From an uncultured Sutterella sp. (GTDB lineage Bacteria; Pseudomonadota; Gammaproteobacteria; Burkholderiales; Burkholderiaceae_F), in contig CAAFNI010000008.1 of assembly GCA_900764215.1 (NCBI GenBank), forward strand, positions 1,618 through 65,617: a DNA stretch of 64,000 nt. The letters run 5' to 3'. Below, in pieces: positions 47,810 through 56,608 of the stretch. The notes below the pieces were generated by a model. That model saw only the letters and a list, made by a program, of their open reading frames with translations. It ran no database searches and had not been told where the DNA came from. Both the position numbers and the translations under genes were made by a program. Numbering within the stretch: the first letter of the stretch is position 1; each line of letters begins with the position of its first letter.

Positions 47810-48487
47810 ATGTCCGAATCCGAAGCGCCCCTTCTGCAACTGAACGACGTCAGCGTCGTCTACAACGGCCACGCCGTCCTTGACGGCTTGAGTCTGAGCG
47901 TCGGCCGCGGAGAATTTGTCGTCATTCACGGCAATACGGGGTGCGGCAAAAGCACCATCCTCAGACTCTTCGCCGGGCTCATCGACCCCACCAAGGGAGA
48001 AGTCATCGTTGCAGGCGACCGTATTGACGAGTTCGACGACGCACAGCGCCGATGGCTTCGACGTTCAATGGGCCTCATGATGCAGGAAGAGCTTCTGCTT
48101 CAGGACAGAACCGTTCTCGAAAACGTCATGCTCCCTGCTCTCGCCGCGGATGAAACCGCTGCAGAGGCAAGGCGCAGGGCTCTTCTTGCTCTCAACAAAT
48201 GCGGCGCAGCGGACCTTGCGGACCTTCGTCCTTCGAGTCTTTCGACCGGGCAGCGCCAGATCGCCTGTCTCGCCCGCGCAGTCGTCAACCGCCCGGTCCT
48301 CATCCTCGCCGACGAACCCGCAACGCATCTTGACAAGACCAACGCCCAAACGCTCATCAACCTTCTGGGAGCCTTTGCACTTGCTGGCGTCACCGTCGTC
48401 GCCGCCACACACCAGCATCTTACGCCTGACGGCTGCCGTTCCCGTGAAATCACTCTTTCTACGCTCAACGCAGGAGGCTTAGCATGA
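47810..48487 (+). CDS. ftsE: Cell division ATP-binding protein FtsE
   Basis: Start at MSESEAPLLQLNDVSVVY; Walker A GNTGCGKST; LSTGQRQ signature; conserved ftsY-E-X order. Confidence 0.9.
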   Translation: MSESEAPLLQLNDVSVVYNGHAVLDGLSLSVGRGEFVVIHGNTGCGKSTILRLFAGLIDPTKGEVIVAGDRIDEFDDAQRRWLRRSMGLMMQEELLLQDRTVLENVMLPALAADETAAEARRRALLALNKCGAADLADLRPSSLSTGQRQIACLARAVVNRPVLILADEPATHLDKTNAQTLINLLGAFALAGVTVVAATHQHLTPDGCRSREITLSTLNAGGLA

Positions 48488-49374
48488 GTTTTGCCTCCTC
48501 ACGCATCTGGGCACTCAAGGAAACCTTTCGAGGATTCGGCCAGAACTTTGGCCTCTTCTCACTTGCGACTTTTCTCTCGGCGCTTGCACTTTCCATCCCT
48601 CTCTTCATTTCGACGATTTTTTACGAACTCGCCGAACCCCTCCGTCAGATTCCGACTTCCGTTGAAATCACCGTTTTCACGAAAGCGGGCGCGGACCTCG
48701 AAAAACTCTCCAAGAGAGTCGCCGAAATCGAAATGATCGAGCAAGTCACGGTCGTGCCCAAGGATGATGCCATCAGGAGCCTCAACGAACACCTTGGTCT
48801 CAAGGACAAGACCGTAAAGCACAACCCCTTGCCCGACATCCTGATTGCAACCGTCGGCAGCAACACATCGCCTGCCGGCGTTGACGCCGCCGCAAACCGC
48901 ATCGAAAGAATCGAAGGCGTGGATATGCTGGCCTACGAAACCGACTGGCGCGAAAAACTCGATGCCCTCTCCAATGCGGCACGCTTGGGCCTCTTCTGTC
49001 TTGGCGTCGTCGTGCTCACGCTTGTCATGTTGGTCGTCGCCACCTCCATCAGGCTGACGACCCTCTCCGTCCAGCCTCAGATGAAGGCCCTCTACCTGTT
49101 CGGCGCATCTCCCTCCTTTGCCATGCGCCCGATCGCTTGGCGCGGCCTCCTCCTGATGCTGTCCGCAAGTCTTGGCTCCATTGCCATCACATACGCCGGA
49201 ATTGCAGTTCTAAGCCATCCAATCGCCGCCATAGCACGGCTCTATGAAGTTAATTTAACGCTTGCACTTCCTGCCGTCGACTGGTGCGCGGGCTTTGTCA
49301 TCATCTGCAGTCTCATCGGCTACATCATCGCCCTTCTCTCGGCTCAGGACGCCTGGAGGAAAGCGCGCCGCTGA
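48484..49374 (+). CDS. ftsX: Cell division permease-like protein FtsX
   Basis: 296 aa, 4-TM FtsX topology with a periplasmic loop; overlaps the ftsE stop. Confidence 0.85.
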   Translation: MSFASSRIWALKETFRGFGQNFGLFSLATFLSALALSIPLFISTIFYELAEPLRQIPTSVEITVFTKAGADLEKLSKRVAEIEMIEQVTVVPKDDAIRSLNEHLGLKDKTVKHNPLPDILIATVGSNTSPAGVDAAANRIERIEGVDMLAYETDWREKLDALSNAARLGLFCLGVVVLTLVMLVVATSIRLTTLSVQPQMKALYLFGASPSFAMRPIAWRGLLLMLSASLGSIAITYAGIAVLSHPIAAIARLYEVNLTLALPAVDWCAGFVIICSLIGYIIALLSAQDAWRKARR

Positions 49375-49473
49375 CTGTCTGGCGCAGGCTGGCGATTGTC
49401 TTTTTCGAGTCGCATGCGCCGATCAGTGTTACCATACAGTCTTTTCTGAATTCCCGGCCCGCATTCCTTCCAC

Positions 49474-50403
49474 ATGACAGAGAAACCCAAAGGCACCGCT
49501 CTCGTCGCATACAAGGCACCTTCCGTACCGGCGCTTGTCGGTCCACTCGGAGATCTGGAAGCCTTCATGCGCGCAGCCGAGCGTGCTCCAATCCTGACCC
49601 CTGAGGAAGAACGCTCCCTGGCCATTCGCCTTCGCGACGACGGAGACGTGGAGGCCGCTCAGCAGCTCATTCTCAGTCATCTCCGCCTAGTGATCTCGAT
49701 CGCCCGAGGGTTCCTCGGCTATGGTCTTCCCTACGCAGACCTCATTCAAGAAGGCAACATCGGACTCATGAAGGCCATCCGCCATTACGATCCGGATCGC
49801 GGAGCCCGTCTAATGACCTTCGCCGTACATTGGATACGCTCAGAAATTCAAGAGTACATCATCCGAAACTGGCGCATCGTCAAACTCGCCACAACGAAGA
49901 ACCAGCGCAAGCTTTTCTTCAATCTGCGTCAGATGAAGGAGGACCCTCAGACGGCCCTCACCAACAGCCAAGCCGAACATATCGCGCTCGCGCTCGACGT
50001 CAAGCCCAAGGAGGTTCTCGAGATGGAAGAGCGCCTCTATGGACAGGAGACAAGTATCGACGCCCCTTCGAACACCTCCGGTGATGATGCCGACAGTGCA
50101 TTTACGCCGTCCGACTGGCTCACTCGTGAAAGCGACGAACCCGAAGCCATTCTCGAAGAGAAGGAGCACCAGCGTCTTGAGGGCGAAGGCCTGCAAATGG
50201 CTCTTCGTTCTCTCGACGAACGCAGCCGCCGCATCATCAAAGCCCGTTACTTGAATCTAGACAAGGACGGCAACAGCAAAGCCGTCACGCTGCAGGAGCT
50301 CGCGGCCGAATTCGGCGTTTCGGCAGAGCGCATCCGCCAAATCGAGAAGCTTGCCATCCAGAAAATGCGCCAGGCTCTGGAGCAGGCTCACTTTTCAGAA
50401 TAA
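49474..50403 (+). CDS. rpoH: RNA polymerase sigma-32 (heat-shock sigma factor)
   Basis: RpoH box QRKLFFNLR; regions 2 and 4; 309 aa. Confidence 0.95.
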   Translation: MTEKPKGTALVAYKAPSVPALVGPLGDLEAFMRAAERAPILTPEEERSLAIRLRDDGDVEAAQQLILSHLRLVISIARGFLGYGLPYADLIQEGNIGLMKAIRHYDPDRGARLMTFAVHWIRSEIQEYIIRNWRIVKLATTKNQRKLFFNLRQMKEDPQTALTNSQAEHIALALDVKPKEVLEMEERLYGQETSIDAPSNTSGDDADSAFTPSDWLTRESDEPEAILEEKEHQRLEGEGLQMALRSLDERSRRIIKARYLNLDKDGNSKAVTLQELAAEFGVSAERIRQIEKLAIQKMRQALEQAHFSE

Positions 50404-50410
50404 TCACACA

Positions 50411-50881
50411 ATGTTCAACGTCGTTCTGGTTCATCCAGAAATTCCGCCCAATACCGGCAACGTCATCCGCTTGTGCGCCAACACGGGATGCGCGCTCCAT
50501 CTTGTGAAACCTCTCGGCTTTTCACTTGACGACAAGCACATGAAGCGCGCCGGACTCGACTATCACGAGTACGCCACGATCCGCATCCATGAATCCTGGG
50601 AAGCCTTTCTTGAATCAGAGCACCCCGACATGTCACGCATGTACGCCATGACGACGCACGGTTCGCACCCTTTCGCCGAATCGAGCTTTGCTTCTGGCGA
50701 TTGGTTCGTCTTCGGCAGCGAAGGCTCCGGCCTACCAGAAGGCATCCGAAACACCTTCCCGCCAGAACAACGCATCCGCCTGCCAATGCGGCCGCGGAAT
50801 CGTAGCCTCAACCTCAGCAACGCCGTCGCCGTCACCGTCTTCGAAGCCTGGCGCCAAAACGCTTACGAGGGAGGCATCTGA
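50411..50881 (+). CDS. trmL: tRNA (cytidine/uridine-2'-O-)-methyltransferase TrmL (SpoU family)
   Basis: MFNVVLVHPEIPPNTGNVIRLCANTG is nearly colinear with E. coli TrmL. Confidence 0.85.
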   Translation: MFNVVLVHPEIPPNTGNVIRLCANTGCALHLVKPLGFSLDDKHMKRAGLDYHEYATIRIHESWEAFLESEHPDMSRMYAMTTHGSHPFAESSFASGDWFVFGSEGSGLPEGIRNTFPPEQRIRLPMRPRNRSLNLSNAVAVTVFEAWRQNAYEGGI

Positions 50882-50911
50882 TCCCGAAAGGATCTCCCTG
50901 AACGACTGCAA

Positions 50912-50937
50912 AAAGGGCATCCTTTCAGATGCCCTTT
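50912..50937. terminator. Bidirectional terminator between trmL and the convergent response regulator
   Basis: AAAGGGCATC-CTTTCA-GATGCCCTTT (10-bp perfect stem) with flanking A and T runs. Confidence 0.55.
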
Positions 50938-50961
50938 TGCATGACCGGCGATCGTTTGTCG

Positions 50962-51630
50962 TCAGTCGAGTTCCTTGTCAAGGCCATGTTCAACGGCGTA
51001 AATGGCAGCCTGTACCCGGCTCGAAAGACCAAGCTTGCGAAGGCAGCTCTGAACGTGAACCTTGACGGTGCTTTCGGCAAGGTTCATGGCACGCGCGATC
51101 TCCTTATTCGAGACGCCGCGGGCCAGCCAGGCGAGTGTCTGGCGTTCGCGGCGCGTAAGAGCCGTCATTTCCATGTCCTGCGTGCTTCTCGGCTCCGGAT
51201 CCGCAAAACGGTTGACAAACTTCGTCATCATCTGCGGGGCGATAATGCTTTCGCCGTTATACGCGGAACGGATGGCACGAAGCAGATAGTCCTGATCAAT
51301 CTTCTTGAGCAGATAACCGCGCGCCCCCAAACGAAGGCATTCGGCCAGTGTCTCGCAGTCCTCGCTCACCGTGAGCATCAGAACCGCCAGACTCGGATGA
51401 GACTCATGGATCTGAGCCATGGCTTCGCAACCGTTCATACTCGGCATATCCACGTCAAGCAGAACAACATCGGGGTCAAGCTGCTCAACAAGCTTGACGC
51501 CCTCAAGGCCATCGCTGGCCTCGCCGATCACTTCAAAGTCAGGCTGTCTCTGAAGGAGTGCCTTCACGCCGCTGCGGAACAACGTGTGATCATCGACCAA
51601 AAGAATGCGGATGTTTTGAGTCATTTTTTC
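50962..51630 (-). CDS. NarL/FixJ-family response regulator (receiver + LuxR-type HTH), orphan
   Basis: Start at MEKMTQNIRILLVDDH; receiver Asp LLDVDMP; C-terminal LuxR HTH LTRRERQTLAWLARGVSNKEIA. The track ORF extends to 51774. Confidence 0.8.
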   Translation of the reverse strand, partial: EKMTQNIRILLVDDHTLFRSGVKALLQRQPDFEVIGEASDGLEGVKLVEQLDPDVVLLDVDMPSMNGCEAMAQIHESHPSLAVLMLTVSEDCETLAECLRLGARGYLLKKIDQDYLLRAIRSAYNGESIIAPQMMTKFVNRFADPEPRSTQDMEMTALTRRERQTLAWLARGVSNKEIARAMNLAESTVKVHVQSCLRKLGLSSRVQAAIYAVEHGLDKELD

Positions 51631-51780
51631 CATCCCGGAAGCGGCTCCGACCAAAACGCGGCACGGCCAAGCTGCTTGGCACATTCGGAGTCGAATATTT
51701 TGAACATATCGTTTAATTGTACCAACATCATTCGGCGCATTTTGCTTTAACCACTGCGATTGCCCGCAAATCAAAAAAAA

Positions 51781-51812
51781 GAAAGGCAGCCGAAAGGCTG
51801 CCTTTCTTTTTA
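51781..51812 (-). terminator. Rho-independent terminator of secB (bidirectional-looking)
   Basis: GAAAGGCAGCC-GAAA-GGCTGCCTTTC flanked by an A8 run (plus) and a T5 run. Confidence 0.65.
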
Positions 51813-51828
51813 CAAATCAGAACACCGG

Positions 51829-52341
51829 TCAGGCCTGAGCGGCACCCTCAGACTCGACCTGAGCCTGAGCCAGGCGCTGCTGATAGAGAACTTCGAAGTT
51901 CACTTCAGGCAGGTGAACCGGCGGAACATTTGCACGGTTCATCAGATCGGCGAGATTGGCGCGAAGATACGGATACACCATGGCCGGACAGACCACGTTG
52001 GTAACGTGCTGCAGAGCTTCGAGCGGAATGCCGTGGATGGCGAAGAGGCCTGACTGCGTCCCTTCAACAAGAATAATCACCTTGTCGGCCGCCTTCACCG
52101 TAATGGTGCCGCGGACAGTCACGTCATAAAGGGCCTCGGCAACGGTCTTCTGGCTGACTTCAAACTTGATATCGACCTGCGGCTGCTCCTGTTGCGGCTG
52201 CAGAAGGATTTCAGGGGCATGCGGCATTTCAAGGGAAGCGTCCTTGAGGTAGCAGCGCTGAAGTTGGAACACCGGTTCGGGAGCGGCTTCCTGCTGGGGC
52301 TGCTGATTTTCCTGGGTCTGGGCGTTTTCGTTTTCTGCCAT
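51829..52341 (-). CDS. secB: Protein-export chaperone SecB
   Basis: Start at MAENENAQ; conserved SecB core PVFQLQRCYLKDASLE...; acidic C-terminus. Confidence 0.9.
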   Translation of the reverse strand: MAENENAQTQENQQPQQEAAPEPVFQLQRCYLKDASLEMPHAPEILLQPQQEQPQVDIKFEVSQKTVAEALYDVTVRGTITVKAADKVIILVEGTQSGLFAIHGIPLEALQHVTNVVCPAMVYPYLRANLADLMNRANVPPVHLPEVNFEVLYQQRLAQAQVESEGAAQA

Positions 52342-52482
52342 TTTGGATTCCTTGCCCGGCAGCCTCTCAGGCAACCGGAATTAAACAACTGACGACAATG
52401 CCCGGCAAATTGTTTTCTGCCGGCACCTTCCATGAATATGGGGACGATTTCGAATTAGTCAACTGCTCAGATCAACCGCACT

Positions 52483-52881
52483 CTATTCAAGCGGCATCTT
52501 GGCCTGAAGCCAGCCGACGATACCGCGCTCAAGAATGCTCACCTGCTGAAAGCCAACACCACGAAGGAGACGCGCAACCGGACGGGAGCCGGCGCCGGTC
52601 TGATCAACCAGAATCACCGGACGTTCGCGCTTGAGCTTTCCAAATTCGTTCTGGATCTGGTCGGCCGGAATGTTGCGGCTGTTGGCGATGTGCCCTTTGG
52701 CAAAGTCTGCTGACTGGCGAACGTCGACGATCTGCGCAGCCTGACGATTAATGAGTTCTGTCGCCTGAGCCGGCGACACTTCGGGGGCATAACGCCGGGC
52801 ATTGATGACCGGAATGAGAAGACCGAGAACAGAAACCGCGATCACAACGATCAACAGGCTATTGTCAATAAGAAATTGCGA
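52483..52881 (-). CDS. Rhodanese-domain membrane protein (YibN/GlpE-like)
   Basis: Start at MSQFLIDN with an N-terminal TM; rhodanese domain (active-site Cys not verified by eye). Conserved yibN-secB neighbourhood. Confidence 0.75.
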   Translation of the reverse strand, partial: SQFLIDNSLLIVVIAVSVLGLLIPVINARRYAPEVSPAQATELINRQAAQIVDVRQSADFAKGHIANSRNIPADQIQNEFGKLKRERPVILVDQTGAGSRPVARLLRGVGFQQVSILERGIVGWLQAKMPLE

Positions 52882-53078
52882 CATGTTTATGGTGTTCGAA
52901 TATGAATCAGAAGCCTCGCGGCCCCGCACTCCGGCGAGCGCCGCAAAGGAAGAGGCGAATTTGTTGATTGTAGACGAGAAGCACACTCATCGGGTTCTTT
53001 TGCCGCTATGATGAACGTCATGGAAAGCACGAACCTTCCTTTTGTTTTACCTGTCCTATCCACGTCGCACTTCGCACT

Positions 53079-54341
53079 GTGAAGCCTTCCCGCCTGAATT
53101 TATTCTGCACTGTCTGCCTTGCCGGCGCATTGTGGTTCGCCCCGATGCACGGCAGCTCGGATGCGCTTGCTGCGTCCGCTCAACAGAAGGCCGCTCAGGA
53201 AAAGAAACGCGTCGAAGGCCAACGCGCCAACATAGAACAGAAGCTTCAGAGCCTGCAGGCCGAGCTCAATGCACGAGAAGCACGTAGCGAGGAAGCTAGC
53301 CAGGCGCTCAAAACAGCAGACCAAGCCATCTCGCAGGCCAACCGCAAGCTTCGGGATCTTCGCGAAGAAAAGCGAGGGATCGAGAACGAACTCTCCAAAC
53401 TCCGCAAGAGCGGCAGCAACGTTGCCGACAATCTCAAGGACGCTGAAAATACAGTCGCTCAAATCGCCAAAGCTCAATACCTCAACAGTAGGCGCAGCCA
53501 CTGGCAAAATCTGATCGGCGGTCTCAATCCAAGCACGCTCGCGAGCGACAAGGGCAAGCTCGAATACCTCGCCCGCACTCAGCAAGCAGCCATTGCAGAT
53601 CTAGAGGAACGCCAAAGCAGCATCCGAAACCTCTCCGAAAAACACCTCAAGCAACACCGGGAGCTCGCTCGCATCCAGCAGGAGGAAGAAAAGGAGCGAA
53701 AGTCCCTTCTCAGAGAAAAACAGGAGCGTCAGCAAGCCTACGGCAAGCTGCAGTCCGAGATCAAGTCCCGTCAGGCCCGCATCGACAAGCTCAAAAAGGA
53801 TCAGGCTCGACTGAGTTCGCTCGTAGCCTCAATCGATGCCCGTCTTGATAAGGAACGCCGCCTGGCAGAGGAAGCTGCCAAAAAACAGGCCTTACGACGT
53901 CCATCCAAACCGCAGAATACCTCCTACGCGCCGCAGGTCGGCAGCTTTGGCAAGCTTAAGGGCCGGCTCACCCGTCCGGTCAAAGGGACCGTGGTGGGCC
54001 GCTTCGGAACGGAACGCCAAGATCAAGCCGGCACTGCTTGGCAAGGCATGCAGTTCCGCGCTCCCGAAGGGGCCGAGGTTGCCGCCTGCGCAGCTGGCAA
54101 GGTTGTGTTTTCTGACTGGCTACGCGGCTTCGGGAATCTCATCATCATCGACCACGGCAATACATATATGTCGATTTATGGCAATAACGAAGCGATCTTC
54201 AAAAACGTGGGCGACACCGTCAAACAAGGCGAAACAATTAGCTCCGTAGGCATTTCAGGAGGGCTCGGCGAGCCGGGCTTATACTTTGAACTCCGCTACA
54301 AGGGCAAACCCATCAATCCGCAACCTTGGCTGAAACCATAA
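53079..54341 (+). CDS. envC: Murein hydrolase activator EnvC-like (coiled coil + degenerate M23/LytM domain)
   Basis: Signal peptide; long Q/E/K/R-rich coiled coil; C-terminal LytM-like domain (...GNLIIIDHGNTYMSIYGNN...). Confidence 0.8.
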   Translation: MKPSRLNLFCTVCLAGALWFAPMHGSSDALAASAQQKAAQEKKRVEGQRANIEQKLQSLQAELNAREARSEEASQALKTADQAISQANRKLRDLREEKRGIENELSKLRKSGSNVADNLKDAENTVAQIAKAQYLNSRRSHWQNLIGGLNPSTLASDKGKLEYLARTQQAAIADLEERQSSIRNLSEKHLKQHRELARIQQEEEKERKSLLREKQERQQAYGKLQSEIKSRQARIDKLKKDQARLSSLVASIDARLDKERRLAEEAAKKQALRRPSKPQNTSYAPQVGSFGKLKGRLTRPVKGTVVGRFGTERQDQAGTAWQGMQFRAPEGAEVAACAAGKVVFSDWLRGFGNLIIIDHGNTYMSIYGNNEAIFKNVGDTVKQGETISSVGISGGLGEPGLYFELRYKGKPINPQPWLKP

Positions 54342-54391
54342 ATCACTCCGTCCATTGAGCAGACCCTCTCCCATCGGGCACATAAGAAATC

Positions 54392-55879
54392 ATGCACAAG
54401 CTTCGATCCGTCACTCTGCTGTGCGCAGGCATCTGCGCCGGCGTTCTTTCTACCGTCGGCCTCTCCGCATACGCCGAAAAGCAGCCGGCGGCGCCCCTGC
54501 CTCTCACAGAGATCCGCCAGTTCACGAGCGCCTTCAATGCAATCAAGGATTTCTATGTCGACGACGTCACCGACGCCAAACTGCTTCAGTCCGCCGTTGA
54601 AGGCATGGTGAGCGGTCTGGACCCGCACTCAAGCTTCCTTGACGTCGAGGGCTATAAAGACATGACCGAAAGCACCCAAGGCTCCTTCGGCGGTCTAGGC
54701 CTGGAAGTAACGAAGGATCCGGCCGGCGTTCGGGTCATTTCACCGATCGACGACACGCCGGCAGCCCGTGCCGGCATTCGCGCCGGCGACATCATCACGC
54801 GCATCGACGGAAAGTCTGTGAGCGACATGTCACTCAACGCTGCCGTCAAACTCATGCGAGGCGAACCCAACACCAAGATCGACCTCATCGTAGCGCGCAA
54901 AGGCGCCAACAAGCCTCTCGCCTTCTCACTTACTCGCGCCCTCATCAAGACTCAATCCGTCAAGATGAAAAAACTTGACGGCAATGTGGGCTACATCCGC
55001 ATTTCGCAGTTCCAGGAACGCACAGCCGAGGATCTTTCGAAGTACCTTGGCGAGCTGGCTGAAGACGGTCATCTCGCCGGTCTTGTGCTTGACCTTCGCA
55101 ACGACCCGGGCGGCCTCCTTCAGGCAGCCATCGGCGTCTCCGCCGCTTTCCTGCCAAAAGGCTCTGACGTCGTCTCCACGAAAGGCCGCCAAGCACATTC
55201 CGATTACACTTTTAAGGCGATCGAGTCCGACTATAGGGCAGGAAACGCCGTAAAAGCCCTCTCCACTCTGACGCCGACCGCCAAGAGCGTGCCCATTGTC
55301 GTGCTGATCAACTCATCCTCCGCCTCCGCCTCTGAAATCGTGGCGGGCGCACTTCAGGATCACAAGCGCGCAACGATCATGGGCGACCGCTCCTTCGGCA
55401 AGGGTTCCGTGCAAACCATCATGCCGATGAAGTTCGGCGACAAGACCGTCGCCGTCAAGCTCACGACGGCACGCTACTACACTCCTTCCGGCCGCTCCAT
55501 TCAAGCCAAGGGCATCATCCCCGACGTCTATGTGGACGACACCCCGAAGGGCAACTACCCTTCCTTCCAGATTCGCGAATCCGACCTTACCCATCACCTT
55601 CTCAATCAGGACGACAAAAAGGATGAGGAGGAGTTGCTCAAGGATCTTCCTTATGATGATGAAGAAGGGGAAATTCCGGACTATCAGTACATGTTCGGCG
55701 ACGACAAGGACTGGCAGCTTCAACAAGCCGTCAACTTCCTCAAAAAGAAGCCTGTTCTTGAGTCCAAATATCGCGGCAAGCCACGCGATGTGGTCAAGAA
55801 GCTCAAGGCCGAGGAGGCAGCTGCCAAGCTTAAAGCCGACCGTGCCAAGGCCGCCAAGCCCCAGCCGTCTGAGGACTAA
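54392..55879 (+). CDS. ctpA: Carboxy-terminal processing protease (S41 family, PDZ domain)
   Basis: Signal peptide; PDZ region; S41 catalytic region GSASASEIVAGALQDHKRATIMGDRSFGKG. Confidence 0.9.
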   Translation: MHKLRSVTLLCAGICAGVLSTVGLSAYAEKQPAAPLPLTEIRQFTSAFNAIKDFYVDDVTDAKLLQSAVEGMVSGLDPHSSFLDVEGYKDMTESTQGSFGGLGLEVTKDPAGVRVISPIDDTPAARAGIRAGDIITRIDGKSVSDMSLNAAVKLMRGEPNTKIDLIVARKGANKPLAFSLTRALIKTQSVKMKKLDGNVGYIRISQFQERTAEDLSKYLGELAEDGHLAGLVLDLRNDPGGLLQAAIGVSAAFLPKGSDVVSTKGRQAHSDYTFKAIESDYRAGNAVKALSTLTPTAKSVPIVVLINSSSASASEIVAGALQDHKRATIMGDRSFGKGSVQTIMPMKFGDKTVAVKLTTARYYTPSGRSIQAKGIIPDVYVDDTPKGNYPSFQIRESDLTHHLLNQDDKKDEEELLKDLPYDDEEGEIPDYQYMFGDDKDWQLQQAVNFLKKKPVLESKYRGKPRDVVKKLKAEEAAAKLKADRAKAAKPQPSED

Positions 55880-55952
55880 CACTCTATTCCATGAACAACG
55901 GGCCGAGAATTCATCCTTGCCCCGTTGTTCTATTCGCCGTTCAGCTTCTGGC

Positions 55953-56564
55953 TCAAGGTTTCAAAAAGAGTTCCGTATCGGCGTTGCACTTGAGTCCCGG
56001 GCGAGCCTTGAAGTTCGTCAGCACGAAGCGCTGCCACTGACCTAGAACGGATGCCATCAGAAGAGATGCCCGGCCAGATGCATCAAAGTCAGCAGGAAGT
56101 TCGCCTTCGGCCACCGCTGTGCGAAAACTCTGCTTCAGGCTGGCTTCGAGAGCAAGATGCAGACGTGCGACGCGCTCGACAAGGCGCGGATCCTCATAGA
56201 CGATCACTTGTCCCGTCATGACACGCGTAATGCCGGGGTTGGCATCCGCAAACTGCAGCATCACACTTACACTGGTCCTCACCTGCTCGAGTCCGGACAG
56301 GCCTTCCGATGAGCGAATTCGTCCCATCAGGCCCAGCAGACTGTCTTCGGCAAAATCGATCAGCGCATCGAACATGTCCGCCTTGCTCTTGATGTAGCGA
56401 TAAAGAAGGCCCTCGCTGATATTCATCGCCTCGGCAATGCGCGCCGTGGTGATTTTCTCAAGTTTTGTTTCGTTGAGCATGCCTGCCAAATGTTGCAGGA
56501 TCTCCTTGCGGCGCTCGCCCTTGGCGCGCCTGCGGTGAAGCGTTACCTCGACGGAGTCCGTCAT
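55953..56564 (-). CDS. slmA: Nucleoid occlusion factor SlmA (TetR family)
   Basis: RRKEILQHLAGMLNE...ITTARIAEAMNISEGLLYRYIKSKADMFDALIDFAEDSL is colinear with E. coli SlmA. Confidence 0.8.
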   Translation of the reverse strand: MTDSVEVTLHRRRAKGERRKEILQHLAGMLNETKLEKITTARIAEAMNISEGLLYRYIKSKADMFDALIDFAEDSLLGLMGRIRSSEGLSGLEQVRTSVSVMLQFADANPGITRVMTGQVIVYEDPRLVERVARLHLALEASLKQSFRTAVAEGELPADFDASGRASLLMASVLGQWQRFVLTNFKARPGLKCNADTELFLKP

Positions 56565-56608
56565 GATGTTCTATCTTGTGCAGTAGAGTGTTTTGGGAAA
56601 ACGTAAGT

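Noticed and set aside
52342-52482. Palindromic TGCCGGCA-containing hairpin between secB and the rhodanese gene, considered as a terminator
   Set aside because: There is no U-tract on the relevant strand, and the element sits inside what is probably a single yibN-secB transcript. It is more likely an intercistronic RNA structure than a feature worth calling.
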